Source of the DNA: Candidatus Aminicenantes bacterium
Lineage (GTDB): Bacteria; Acidobacteriota; Aminicenantia; Aminicenantales; JAFGBC01
Length of the DNA: 64,000 nucleotides
Assembly: GCA_963702005.1 (NCBI GenBank)
Contig: OY969696.1
Location: forward strand, 1,984,001 to 2,048,000
Direction: 5' to 3'
Of the stretch, positions 1 to 9,618 are shown piece after piece. Position numbers and translations under genes: made by a program. How positions within the stretch are numbered: the first letter of the stretch is position 1; the number at the start of each line of letters is the position of its first letter. A model generated the notes under the pieces. That model made no database searches. It was not told the DNA's origin and worked only from the letters and a program-made list of their open reading frames with translations.

Positions 1-1
1 C

Positions 2-832
2 GAGCTCGAGGACCGTCCGACCGAGAAGCGCGGCCTGTTCGGTTCCAAGGAGACCGTCACGACCGTGGCGACCCTCAAAAAAAACATCGACGCGGACCGG
101 GACCTTCTTGCCTATGAACGCGACTATCTTAAGCTCTTCTTCGAGGGGGCGCCCGCCTGGTCGCCCTCCTGGTCGGGCCGGACGGAGCCCCAGGTCGATC
201 TCGAGGATTTCAAGCGCTATCTCAAGAAGAAGCCGCTCGAGTTCCAGAAATGGTTCAAGGATTGGACGTCCAAGGTTAAGGAGGAAGCCAAGAAGCGGGG
301 ATTCATCGAGCCGCAGAGTCTTAAGGCCCGGAATATCTTCTTGGCAGTCAGCCTTCCGATCGCTATCCTGGTCTTCAACCCGGTCCTCCTGATCATGATC
401 CTGGTCCTGACGCCCTTCCTCAAGCGGCGGGCGATGCCCTGGGCCGAGGAAAACGAGCGCTGGAAGGGATTGCGCCGCTTCCTCCATGATTTCTCCGACT
501 TCAAAGAAGTCCCGCCCGAAGCCTACAAACTCTGGGAGCGCTACCTCGTGTTCGGGATCGTTTTCGGGAGCGCCAAGAAAATCCTCAAGATGCTGCCCGT
601 CATCTTGCCCGACAACCGGGCGGCCGCCCCCGCCTGGTACTACGGGGCGGGAGGCTCGCGCTGGCTGGGGTCGGGCGGCGGCATCGAGAATATGATCAAG
701 GGAATCGAATCTCTGTCAAGCTCCATCCAGCAGGCGAGCGCCAGCGCGGCCCACTATTCCTCGGGCGGAGGAGGCGGGTTCAGCGGGGGCGGTGGCGGCG
801 GGGGAGGGGGCGGCGGAGCAGGCGCGGGATGA
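2..832 (+). CDS. DUF2207-family membrane protein, 5'-truncated by window
   Basis: Frame is open from position 2. WKGLRRFL..F, LWERYLVFG and a Gly/Ser-rich C-terminus (SSGGGGGFSGGGGGGGGGG) are typical of DUF2207. Confidence 0.85.
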   Translation, partial: ELEDRPTEKRGLFGSKETVTTVATLKKNIDADRDLLAYERDYLKLFFEGAPAWSPSWSGRTEPQVDLEDFKRYLKKKPLEFQKWFKDWTSKVKEEAKKRGFIEPQSLKARNIFLAVSLPIAILVFNPVLLIMILVLTPFLKRRAMPWAEENERWKGLRRFLHDFSDFKEVPPEAYKLWERYLVFGIVFGSAKKILKMLPVILPDNRAAAPAWYYGAGGSRWLGSGGGIENMIKGIESLSSSIQQASASAAHYSSGGGGGFSGGGGGGGGGGGAGAG

Positions 833-1374
833 GAGGCGGCCGGCCCCGGTTGCGGTCGATAATATCGAAACGCGAATTCGTCGGGGCGGCTTTCTGCGCT
901 TTGTTGGCAGTCCTTCCCGCTTCCTGCCATAAGATCAGCGAAGAGGAGCGCCTCATCGATCGCTTTAAGGCCATGGCCGACTTGGCCGAGGACAAGGACA
1001 GGGCGGGGATCATGGCCGCGATCAGCGACGGATACGCGGACTTCGAGGGGCGGGATAAGGCCGCGACCGAAGAAATGATCGGCGGCTATTTCAAATCCTA
1101 CCGCGGAATCGTCCTCCACGTCCTGAGCGCGCGTGTTACGGATCTCCAAGCGGATGAGGCGTCTTTGGAAGCCGACGTCACGTTTTCATCGGGAGCGGCC
1201 CAAGTCCTGCGCCGTCTCGTCCGGTTCGCGGGCGAGTACTATCGGATCACGGTCCGCTGGGTCAAGGAGGGCGGCGAGTGGATGGCCGCCTACGCGGAAT
1301 GGCGGTCCGTCGGCCTCGACGACCTCTTCCCCGAATCGCGCGACAAGCTCCAGAAGATTCTTCCCATAAATTAA
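829..1374 (+). CDS. Putative lipoprotein with SnoaL/NTF2-like domain
   Basis: ATGA overlap with upstream stop, lipobox-like LPAS-C, and NTF2-like C-terminal strand pattern (WVKEGGEW). Confidence 0.65.
   Translation: MRGGRPRLRSIISKREFVGAAFCALLAVLPASCHKISEEERLIDRFKAMADLAEDKDRAGIMAAISDGYADFEGRDKAATEEMIGGYFKSYRGIVLHVLSARVTDLQADEASLEADVTFSSGAAQVLRRLVRFAGEYYRITVRWVKEGGEWMAAYAEWRSVGLDDLFPESRDKLQKILPIN
1331..1358 (+). repeat. 28-bp direct repeat, copy 1 (3' end of lipoprotein gene)
   Basis: ccgaatcgcgcgacaagctccagaagat; 27/28 identical to 3213-3240. Confidence 0.9.
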
Positions 1375-1433
1375 GTTCATTCGGCTCAATCGCGGTCAAT
1401 CCGGCCAATGGAAAAAATGGCCGGAGTTTACTC

Positions 1434-2447
1434 TCAGTCCTCGAAGCGGCGCATGGCCTTGACCAGCTCCGCCTGGGTGCCGGGTTCGAAGGCCGCATGC
1501 CCGGCGTCGGGGACGATGATCAGCGTCGACATGGGCAACAGACGATGCAATTGATAGGCCGCGGCCGGCGGGCAGATCATGTCATAGCGACCGTTGATGA
1601 TGACCATCGGGATGTCGGCCAGCCTGGCCGCGTTCTTGAGAAGCTGGCCCTCCTCCAGGAAACAGCCGTTGGCCATATAGTAGTTCTCCATCAGGGCGAA
1701 GGCGTAAGGATTGTATTCGCGCAGGAACGCCTCGATCATTTCGTCCGATTTCTTCATTAAGGCAATCCCGCCCTCATACTTCAGCCAGATCCGGGCATAA
1801 CGATCGCGGACGGCCGGATCGGCGGACATCAGCTTGGCCAACAGCTGGGCCGGATAATCGTTCCTTTCAGGATGATCCAGAGAAGCGGCCAGCTCCCGGT
1901 GGACCTCCGGGAAGAATTTGGCCGCTCCGCCGTGATAATAATGGTCGATTTCCGACCGGGTGGCCGTGAAAACGCCGCGTAGAACGATCCCAGCAACGTT
2001 CTGGGGATAGGTCTCGGCATAGGCCAGGGCCAACGTGGTGCCCCACGACCCGCCGAACAGAATGACTCGACCCAGCCGTAGATGCTTCCTCAATTTCTCG
2101 ATATCTTCCACCAAATTACGGGTCGTGTTTTCCTTGATTTCACCATAGGGCTTGCTTCGACCCGACCCGCGCTGGTCATGAAGGACGACGTTGAACTTGT
2201 GGGGGTTGAAATAGCGGAAATCATTGGGCGAGCATTCCCCGCCGGGCCCGCCGTGGAGATACATCACGGGTTTGCCCTTGGGGTTGCCGCCCATTTGATA
2301 AAAGATTTCATGGAGCGGCGAGACCTTGAGATACCCGGTTTGATAAGGCTTGATTTCGGGCCAGAGCTTCCCCGCCTCCTGGCCGAAAGAAACGCCGGTC
2401 GGCCAGAGAAGAAGAAAACCCATGAAGAGATACTTGTGTTTAATCAT
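1434..2447 (-). CDS. pip: Prolyl aminopeptidase (proline iminopeptidase, S33) with signal peptide
   Basis: HGGPG, DQRGSGRS, FGGSWG nucleophile, GRYD and DAGH motifs. Alternative start at 2480. Confidence 0.92.
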   Translation of the reverse strand: MIKHKYLFMGFLLLWPTGVSFGQEAGKLWPEIKPYQTGYLKVSPLHEIFYQMGGNPKGKPVMYLHGGPGGECSPNDFRYFNPHKFNVVLHDQRGSGRSKPYGEIKENTTRNLVEDIEKLRKHLRLGRVILFGGSWGTTLALAYAETYPQNVAGIVLRGVFTATRSEIDHYYHGGAAKFFPEVHRELAASLDHPERNDYPAQLLAKLMSADPAVRDRYARIWLKYEGGIALMKKSDEMIEAFLREYNPYAFALMENYYMANGCFLEEGQLLKNAARLADIPMVIINGRYDMICPPAAAYQLHRLLPMSTLIIVPDAGHAAFEPGTQAELVKAMRRFED

Positions 2448-2466
2448 TCTGTGGCTTGCCGTGACG

Positions 2467-3063
2467 TCAGTTTTGGGCATACTTGATCATCACCTTCAAA
2501 GCGCCGTAGCTCACCGTTTCACACATGCCGGCCACAAAGCGCGTCGTGGCCGAATCCGGACTGATCAAGGCCTCCCTGATCAGGAACGCGTCGTAATCCA
2601 AATCTTGGGCGCCCTGATAGGTGGCCAGCACGCAGGCGTCGGCGCTGAGCCCGCACAGAAACAGGACGTTGCATCCCTTTTCTTTCAGCAGTTTTTCCAG
2701 CCCCGTTTTGTTGAAGGCATTGGAATAGGTTTTAATGATCATCGGATCATCGGGTTTGACGGGCACCGATTGCGGGAATTCGAAGGCTTCGTTGCCCGGC
2801 TTGGGCCCGGCCGCGGGATCGGATTGATAGATGCGGATGACCGGAAACCCTTTGTCATGAAACCGGCGGATAGCGCCGTTGATGTAATTGAAGGCCGTCT
2901 TTTTATCCTGCTCGGACATGCTCGGAAGGAATTCGTTCTGAATGTCGATCACCAGCAGGGCCGGTTTCATCCTCTCCGTTTTGGCCGTTTCCGGCCCGAC
3001 GGGGCTCGCCGACGCGGACACGAAGAACAAAGCAAGAATTAAGCCAGCAGATACTTTTTTCAT
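2467..3063 (-). CDS. Isochorismatase/cysteine hydrolase family protein with signal peptide
   Basis: ALLVIDIQN, K..SNAF and GLSADACV give the D-K-C triad. GGAGG RBS precedes MKKVSAG. Confidence 0.85.
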   Translation of the reverse strand: MKKVSAGLILALFFVSASASPVGPETAKTERMKPALLVIDIQNEFLPSMSEQDKKTAFNYINGAIRRFHDKGFPVIRIYQSDPAAGPKPGNEAFEFPQSVPVKPDDPMIIKTYSNAFNKTGLEKLLKEKGCNVLFLCGLSADACVLATYQGAQDLDYDAFLIREALISPDSATTRFVAGMCETVSYGALKVMIKYAQN

Positions 3064-3212
3064 ATGACCTCCCCAACTCATCCGTAATATGTTTGAACTC
3101 CCGAAAGCGGCGAAAATAACTTATCAATAAGAAGCCCATTTTTCAATGCCGTTTAAAATTAGAAATTAATTTGCCTTTGAAATTGGGAAAAGGCATCTAT
3201 GTCACCATTTAT

Positions 3213-3240
3213 CCGAATCCCGCGACAAGCTCCAGAAGAT
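3213..3240 (+). repeat. 28-bp direct repeat, copy 2 (intergenic)
   Basis: ccgaatcccgcgacaagctccagaagat, followed by attctaa. Confidence 0.9.
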
Positions 3241-3290
3241 ATTCTAATGTTTAAAGCCGCGTAACCCGGAAGGCGCCGCCGCGGAGAGCT

Positions 3291-4019
3291 TCAGTATTGA
3301 ATGACGATAAAATCGTAGCCGGTGCCTGAGCCTTTGCTATATCCGGTCACATTGATGTTGCCCGCGCCGTCCACAGCAATGGCAGAGGCGGCGTCATCGC
3401 CGTTCCCCGGCCCGTTGTATCTCTTCAGCCAGATTTGTTTGCCCGCGCTGTTGTACTTAATCGTGGCGATATCGCGATAGGTGCCCGGACCCGGGCTTTC
3501 TCCGGTCACGTAGACATTTCCGGCGCCGTCCACGGCTATGGCATACGCGGCGTCATTGCCGTTTCCCGGCCCGTTGTATCTCCTCACCCAGATCTGTTTT
3601 CCGGAGCTGTTGTATTTAATCGTGGCATAATCGTAACCGGTGCCTTTGCCCGCGCTATATCCTGTCACATAGACATTACCGGAGCCGTCCACGGCGACGG
3701 CGGATGCGTAGTCGTTGCCGTTTGCCGGCCCGTTGTATCTTATCGCCCAGAGCTGTTGCCCGCTGCCGTTGTACTTGATTGTGGCATAGTCACGATAAGT
3801 GCTTGATCCCGGGCTTTCTCCGGCCACATAGACATTGCCGGATTTGTCCACGGCCATCGCCCTGGCCGAGTCGTCGCTGTTTCCCGGCCCGTTGTACCGC
3901 TTCAGCCATTTCTCTCCGGCGGCTTGCGCGGACCCCCAGTAGCTAAACAACATGGCGCCGGTCACGAGGACCGCCATTTGCACCATAAGGAACCTTGCAG
4001 TTACATTTCTTTTTTTCAA
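3291..4019 (-). CDS. Exported SBBP-type beta-propeller repeat protein (four 53-aa repeats)
   Basis: TTG start after GGAGG, signal peptide, 4x W..RYNGP.N..D.A.A.AVD..GN..V.G. DNA motif cccgttgta recurs at 3411/3570/3729/3888 (159-bp period). Confidence 0.85.
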   Translation of the reverse strand: MKKRNVTARFLMVQMAVLVTGAMLFSYWGSAQAAGEKWLKRYNGPGNSDDSARAMAVDKSGNVYVAGESPGSSTYRDYATIKYNGSGQQLWAIRYNGPANGNDYASAVAVDGSGNVYVTGYSAGKGTGYDYATIKYNSSGKQIWVRRYNGPGNGNDAAYAIAVDGAGNVYVTGESPGPGTYRDIATIKYNSAGKQIWLKRYNGPGNGDDAASAIAVDGAGNINVTGYSKGSGTGYDFIVIQY

Positions 4020-4347
4020 GACCTGTTTACCTCCGCCTTCATTTTTTTAGCGTTGCATTCGATCATGCTTGCCATACTGACCAGATTGATCGCCTGAATC
4101 CAAGTTTCTTTTTTTAAACTATATCAATCCGAGTCCTTTGTCAAAAACCGCGGGAAGACGAGGCCGTCGGGCCGTGGACTCCGATCGCGTGCTTTTCCGC
4201 TTTTTTCAAAAAGCATTCGACAGGCTCGACAATGTGGAGTATATAATTTATCCTGCTTTAAAGGCCGGGCCGGACCACGCATTAGCCCAGGCCGGTCATC
4301 GAAAAATCGCGTCTTAGCCCGGCGGAAACGAAGGAAGGAGTGCGATC

Positions 4348-5901
4348 GTGAAGAAAATAACGGCTATCCCTCTCGGCGCGTTGCTGGCCGCGATGCTCTG
4401 CGTCCCCGGGCCCAGGGCCCAGGAAGCGGTCCCGATCGTCCACGCCACGGACGACGGCTTGGCCCTGACTCCGCCGATGGGCTGGTATCCCTGGAACATC
4501 TTCGGCGAGGACCCCCAGAACGAGCGGCTCATCAAGGAGATCGTCGACGCGCTCGTCGCGAGCGGAATGAAGGAGGCCGGATACGCCTATGTCGGGCCGG
4601 ACGAAGGGATCTGTTTCGGACGCGGCGCCGACGGCCGGCTGACGACGAACCTGGAACGCTACCCCTCGGGGCTGCGCGCGCTGGGCGATTATATTCACGC
4701 GCGCGGGCTGAAGTACGCCCTGTACACGGACGCCGGGGCCCGGACCTGCAGCGCGGCCATGCCGGGGACCAAGGACCACGAGCTCGAGGACATGCGCTCA
4801 TTCGCCGATTGGCGCTGCGATTATCTCAAGATCGATTGGTGCAATAGCGAGGGCCAGGACATCGTCCAGTCCTACACGACGCTCCACGACGCCCAGCACG
4901 CGGCCGGCCGCCCTCTCGTCCACAGCCTATGCTCGTGGGGCGAGGGTTTCCCTTGGCTGTGGGCGGCCCGGGTCGGGCACATGTGGAGGACGACCGCCGA
5001 CATCTGCGCCCCGGCGCGGGCCGACTGGGCGAGGGCGATGAGGATGACTTTCGCCAACGAGAAGCTGTCGGCCTTCGCCGGCCCCGGACACTGGAACGAC
5101 CCGGACATGATGATCGTCGGGATGCCCGGTCTGAGCGACGCCCAGAACAGGAGTCTGTTCAGTCTGTGGTGCATGATGGCCGCGCCGCTCATCGCCGGGA
5201 ACGACCTGCGGTCGATGTCCATGGCCGCGGTCGAAATCCTGACCAACCTGGAAGCGATCGGCATCGACCAGGACCCGCTCGGCATTCAGGGCCACATCCT
5301 TTGGACCGACGGCAACGTCGGCATTTGGGGCGGGAAGCGCTTGTTCGACGGAAGCCAGGCCGTGCTGATCTTCAACCAGGGACGGTATCCCGCGGACGCC
5401 AGGATCGCCTGGCAGGATCTCGGGATCGACGCAAAGGAGGCCTGCTATGTGCGCGATCTTTGGATGCATAAAACCCAAGGTCCGTTGACGGGGGGCCTGT
5501 CGGTCGGGGTCGCTCCCGACGACGTGGTCTTCCTCCGCGTTTCTCCGACAGACGGCTTTCCGCTGCCGCCGATTATAACGGCCGATTCGTTCCGGGTTTC
5601 TCTCCGCGCGGAGAATCGCACCCCACGGACGCTGACCGGCGCCGTCACGGTTACCAATCATGGGAGCGCTGAGCTCCTGCCCTGGACGATCCGACCCGGG
5701 CTTCCGGCCTGGCTGTCCGTCAAGGTTGTCCGGAACGGCCGCGGCCAGACTTTCATCAACACGGTTTCCACGGCCGGACTTAAGAAAGGGCTCTACCACG
5801 CGATCGTGCGGGCGGACAACACCGAGCCGGTTTCGGGCCGGCCGATGTCAAGCCTCTATTACGACCTCGACCTCGAAGTCGTCCGGGACGTCTCGCGCTA
5901 G
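4348..5901 (+). CDS. GH27 alpha-galactosidase-like protein with C-terminal beta-sandwich extension
   Basis: LALTPPMGW, YLKIDWC (nucleophile), WRTTADI (acid/base), GPGHWNDPDM, IDQDPLG; signal peptide. Confidence 0.9.
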   Translation: MKKITAIPLGALLAAMLCVPGPRAQEAVPIVHATDDGLALTPPMGWYPWNIFGEDPQNERLIKEIVDALVASGMKEAGYAYVGPDEGICFGRGADGRLTTNLERYPSGLRALGDYIHARGLKYALYTDAGARTCSAAMPGTKDHELEDMRSFADWRCDYLKIDWCNSEGQDIVQSYTTLHDAQHAAGRPLVHSLCSWGEGFPWLWAARVGHMWRTTADICAPARADWARAMRMTFANEKLSAFAGPGHWNDPDMMIVGMPGLSDAQNRSLFSLWCMMAAPLIAGNDLRSMSMAAVEILTNLEAIGIDQDPLGIQGHILWTDGNVGIWGGKRLFDGSQAVLIFNQGRYPADARIAWQDLGIDAKEACYVRDLWMHKTQGPLTGGLSVGVAPDDVVFLRVSPTDGFPLPPIITADSFRVSLRAENRTPRTLTGAVTVTNHGSAELLPWTIRPGLPAWLSVKVVRNGRGQTFINTVSTAGLKKGLYHAIVRADNTEPVSGRPMSSLYYDLDLEVVRDVSR

Positions 5902-5985
5902 ATGCCTGCAATTCCGATTTGCCGGTTGTCTATAGCCGGAATTGTGGGATAGAATAAATCTTCAGCTTCGTTGTAAGGAGGATTC

Positions 5986-8900
5986 ATGCGATTTCATTCC
6001 CTTCAATCCCTTATAATCAAAACAGCCCTGGCCGCCCTCTGTGTCGGCCTGATCCTGCCGGCCTCGTACTCGACGGCGTTCGCCCAGGAGAAGAAGGAGC
6101 CGGTCAAGACGCCGCCGGCCCAACCCCAGACCCAAGTACTGGCCCAGCCGCAAGCTCCGGCGCAGGCTCAAGAGCCTAAGGCCGAGATCAAGCCCGAAGC
6201 CAAGCCCGAACCCAATTCGCAGACGGGCGCCCTGACCTCGAAGGACTTCGACCAGTTCTCCTGGCGCCATATCGGCCCCTGGCCGTTCTCCGGGCGGATC
6301 ACGAACTTCGCCGTCCCGCGCGGTCAAAGCCAGACCTACTACGTCCTCACGGCGACGGGCGGACTATGGAAGACCGTGGACGGCGGCATCCATTTCGATC
6401 CCCTGTTCGAGAAATACGGCACGATGAGCATGGGGTATCTGGCCATCGCGCCCTCCAACCAGGATATCCTCTATTTAGGGACTGGCGAGTCCATCCACGC
6501 CCGGGCCGCCTATCACGGCAGGGGGATGTTCAAGTCCACCGACGCCGGCAAGACCTGGACTCCGGTCGGCCTCGACAAGAGCTTCTTCATCCCCAAGGTC
6601 GAGGTCGATCCCCGCAACCCCGACGTCGTCTATGTCGCGGCCGAGGGGAAACTCTACGATAACGAGATGGACTGCGAGCGCGGCCTCTACAAAACGACGG
6701 ACGGCGGCAAGACCTGGGCCCGCGTCCTTGACCTCAAGGACCGGGGCGTCGCCGACTTCGTCCTGGACCCCAAGAATCCGGACGTCCTGATCGCGGCCGG
6801 CTACAAAATCTTCCGCCGGACCTGGACCTTCATCGATCGCCAGGCCGGGAATTTCCTGTGGAAGACGGCCGACGGCGGCAAGACCTGGAAGAAGCTCACG
6901 GCGGGCCTTCCCGATTTGGCCGCCGTCAAGACCGGGCGCAACGGACTGGCCCTCTACGAGAAGGATCCCAAAATCGTCTATCTCAGGCTCGACGAGGAGA
7001 CGAACCTCGGTCTGAGCGAAGAGGATAACGACGCCCTGTTCGGCGAGACGAGCGTCTTCGAGGACGGCTTCTATTTCAACAAATGGAAGACCTTCAAGAT
7101 CGCCCCCGAGTTGGCCAAGCTCGTCAAGTTCACACCGCCCGCGGCCGACACCGAGAAGGACCTGGCCAAGAAGCTCAACGACCTCGTCAAAGACCGGGCC
7201 TTCCTCAAGACGATCGGCCTGGACTGGACGCCGTTCCTGGCCGCGGCCCGCAAGGTCTACGCCAAGTCCGTTGACAAGAATAAGGATTACACGATTCTCG
7301 ACGAGATCGCCGAGGTCGAGAAGACCGTCAAGCGCGACGCCGAGAAGAAGGACCCGCACCTCAAGATCAACCGCTTGATCCTCCTGGCCTTCTTCGGGAC
7401 TTCGGAGGGCATCTCCTTCAAAGACGACAAGATCACGGTCACGGACGTTGCCAAGATCAAGCTTCAGGCCGACTTCAAAGAGAAGCCGACCTATGACGCC
7501 AAGACGATCAAGGATGAGGCCGACCTCATCGCCAAGATCGCCGAGCTGGCCGTCGATCCCGAGTTCACGATCAAACTCAAGATCAACGCCAAGAGCGTGA
7601 TGAGCACGGCGCTTAAAACATATAAAGACAATAAGGAACTCGCCGAGGCGTTCAAGGACAGCGAGGGGCCGGCCGAGGAATTTGATCAGACTAAATTCCG
7701 CTATCGGACTCTGAACAGCGCGGCCCTCCGGCTCCTATACGGCGGCGCCTTCGGCCTCCTGGAGCCGGTCAAGAAGGCCGGCTTCATCCACCGTTCCGAG
7801 GACCAGGGCGAAACCTGGAAGCGGGTGACCGAGTACGCCCGCTGGGGCGGAAGCGACGTCGTCAACCAGGTCGAGGCCGGCTACAACGGCCGCCTCCTGG
7901 TCGATCCCAACGACGACAAGGTCGTCTACGCCCATGAGACCCGGACGACGATCTCCCGCGACGGCGGCAAGACCTTCAAATTCCCCAACTGGGAGAGCAA
8001 GGGGGTCCATGTCGACTCCCGGGCCGTCTGGGTCGATCCCCTGAATTCCAAGCATATCCTCAACGCCAACGACGGCGGGGTCAGCGAAAGCTGGGACGGC
8101 GGCGACCACTGGTCCCAGAAGGAGACCATCTCCGCCCAGCAGTTCTACGACATTGGCGTCGATAACATGCTGCCCTACAACGTCATGGGCGGCACACAGG
8201 ACAACGGCTGCTGGATCGGCCCTTCCCAGAACCGGAATCCCAACGGCGTCTTTCCGGCCGACTGGCTCTACTTGCCCGCGGGGGACGGATTCTGGACCGT
8301 CCGCGACTGGTGGAACCCGGAGTACATCTACTACGAAAGCCAGTTCGGCTATTCCAACCGGCAGAACCTCGAGACCGGAGAGACGATCTCCCTCTCCCGG
8401 CGCAACACGCCCGAGGAGAACGCGGCCGGCAGTCCCCCCCAGCGCTACCAGTGGAACGCGCCCATCGTGCTGTCGCCCCACAACCCGGGGATCGTCTATG
8501 TCTGTTCCCAGTTCGTCCATCGCTCCCTGTCCCGGGGCGACAAGGACACCTGGGTCGCGATCTCGCCCGACCTGACCAAGGCCGTCAAGGAGCGGATCGA
8601 GCTCTCCAAGAAGACGAACCTCCAGTACGCGACAATCTTCACCTTCGCCGAATCGCCCAAGAAGCCCGGCCTCTACTGGGCGGGCACGGACGACGGAAAC
8701 CTTCAGCTCTCGACCGACGGCGGCGTCAATTGGACGAACATCACGGCGCAGTTCTACGCTAAGGACGGCAAGCCCCATAAGGGCGTCAAGGGGGCTTTCA
8801 TCCCCTTCGACCGCTGGGTCAAACGCGTCCTGCCCTCGCGTTTCGACGAAAAGACCTGCTACGTCGCCTACTCGGGCTATCGGACCCACAACGAAGACAA

Positions 8901-9618
8901 GACCTATGTCCTCGTCACTCGAGACCTGGGCAAGACTTGGGAGGACATCGGCGGCGGCATGAACAACCCGGTCAGCGACATCGAGGAGGATCCTGACAAT
9001 CCCGATGTCCTCTACCTGGCCACCGACTACGGCCTGTTCCTGACCCTCGACCGGGGGAAGAGCTGGGCCAAGTTCTCGACGACGGCGCCCCAGGTCATCA
9101 TCAAGGACCTGGCCGTCCAGAAGCGCGACCGCGATCTCGTCGTCGGGACCTACGGCCGCGGGATCTACATCGCCGATATCTTCCCGGTCAAGGAGTTCAA
9201 GCCCGAGATCTTCGCCAAGGACGCCTATTTGTTCGATATCGAGGACGCCATCCAATGGCAGCGCTTCGACCGGCGCGGGAACGACCTGGGAGAGATCGCC
9301 AAGGCCGAGAATCCGTCGGTCGGGGCGACATTCTATTATTATCTCAAGAACGCCGTTTCCAAGGTCCAGCTGACCGTCAAGGATCTGGAGGGCAATCTCA
9401 TCCAGGAGGTCAAGGGCAAGACCGAGAAGGGCCTCCAGAAGGCTTTCTGGAGCCTGAACAAGAAGGTCGATCCGGACAAGCTCGAGGGCCTGAGCTGGGA
9501 GGAGAGAGGCAAGCTCACGCGGCTCGACCCCGGCAGCTACCTCGTGATCCTGAGCGTTGAAGGCAAGGACGCGGCTGTCAAGAAGGTCCGGGTCCTCGCC
9601 GACCCGACGGCCAAGTGA
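5986..9618 (+). CDS. Exported VPS10/sortilin-type BNR (Asp-box) beta-propeller protein with large internal insert
   Basis: WRHIGP..SGRI, many T/S-x-D-G-G-x-T-W Asp-boxes, GGTQDNG, RYQWNAPI, GTYGRG, C-terminal FlgD-like Ig domain. Confidence 0.88.
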   Translation: MRFHSLQSLIIKTALAALCVGLILPASYSTAFAQEKKEPVKTPPAQPQTQVLAQPQAPAQAQEPKAEIKPEAKPEPNSQTGALTSKDFDQFSWRHIGPWPFSGRITNFAVPRGQSQTYYVLTATGGLWKTVDGGIHFDPLFEKYGTMSMGYLAIAPSNQDILYLGTGESIHARAAYHGRGMFKSTDAGKTWTPVGLDKSFFIPKVEVDPRNPDVVYVAAEGKLYDNEMDCERGLYKTTDGGKTWARVLDLKDRGVADFVLDPKNPDVLIAAGYKIFRRTWTFIDRQAGNFLWKTADGGKTWKKLTAGLPDLAAVKTGRNGLALYEKDPKIVYLRLDEETNLGLSEEDNDALFGETSVFEDGFYFNKWKTFKIAPELAKLVKFTPPAADTEKDLAKKLNDLVKDRAFLKTIGLDWTPFLAAARKVYAKSVDKNKDYTILDEIAEVEKTVKRDAEKKDPHLKINRLILLAFFGTSEGISFKDDKITVTDVAKIKLQADFKEKPTYDAKTIKDEADLIAKIAELAVDPEFTIKLKINAKSVMSTALKTYKDNKELAEAFKDSEGPAEEFDQTKFRYRTLNSAALRLLYGGAFGLLEPVKKAGFIHRSEDQGETWKRVTEYARWGGSDVVNQVEAGYNGRLLVDPNDDKVVYAHETRTTISRDGGKTFKFPNWESKGVHVDSRAVWVDPLNSKHILNANDGGVSESWDGGDHWSQKETISAQQFYDIGVDNMLPYNVMGGTQDNGCWIGPSQNRNPNGVFPADWLYLPAGDGFWTVRDWWNPEYIYYESQFGYSNRQNLETGETISLSRRNTPEENAAGSPPQRYQWNAPIVLSPHNPGIVYVCSQFVHRSLSRGDKDTWVAISPDLTKAVKERIELSKKTNLQYATIFTFAESPKKPGLYWAGTDDGNLQLSTDGGVNWTNITAQFYAKDGKPHKGVKGAFIPFDRWVKRVLPSRFDEKTCYVAYSGYRTHNEDKTYVLVTRDLGKTWEDIGGGMNNPVSDIEEDPDNPDVLYLATDYGLFLTLDRGKSWAKFSTTAPQVIIKDLAVQKRDRDLVVGTYGRGIYIADIFPVKEFKPEIFAKDAYLFDIEDAIQWQRFDRRGNDLGEIAKAENPSVGATFYYYLKNAVSKVQLTVKDLEGNLIQEVKGKTEKGLQKAFWSLNKKVDPDKLEGLSWEERGKLTRLDPGSYLVILSVEGKDAAVKKVRVLADPTAK

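Noticed and set aside
760-832. G-rich tract as a G-quadruplex or regulatory repeat
   Set aside because: It is explained by the poly-Gly tail typical of DUF2207 proteins.
3291-4019. Periodic DNA repeats as a possible CRISPR array
   Set aside because: The period is 159 bp, in frame and inside a protein-coding propeller. There are no unique spacers or cas genes.
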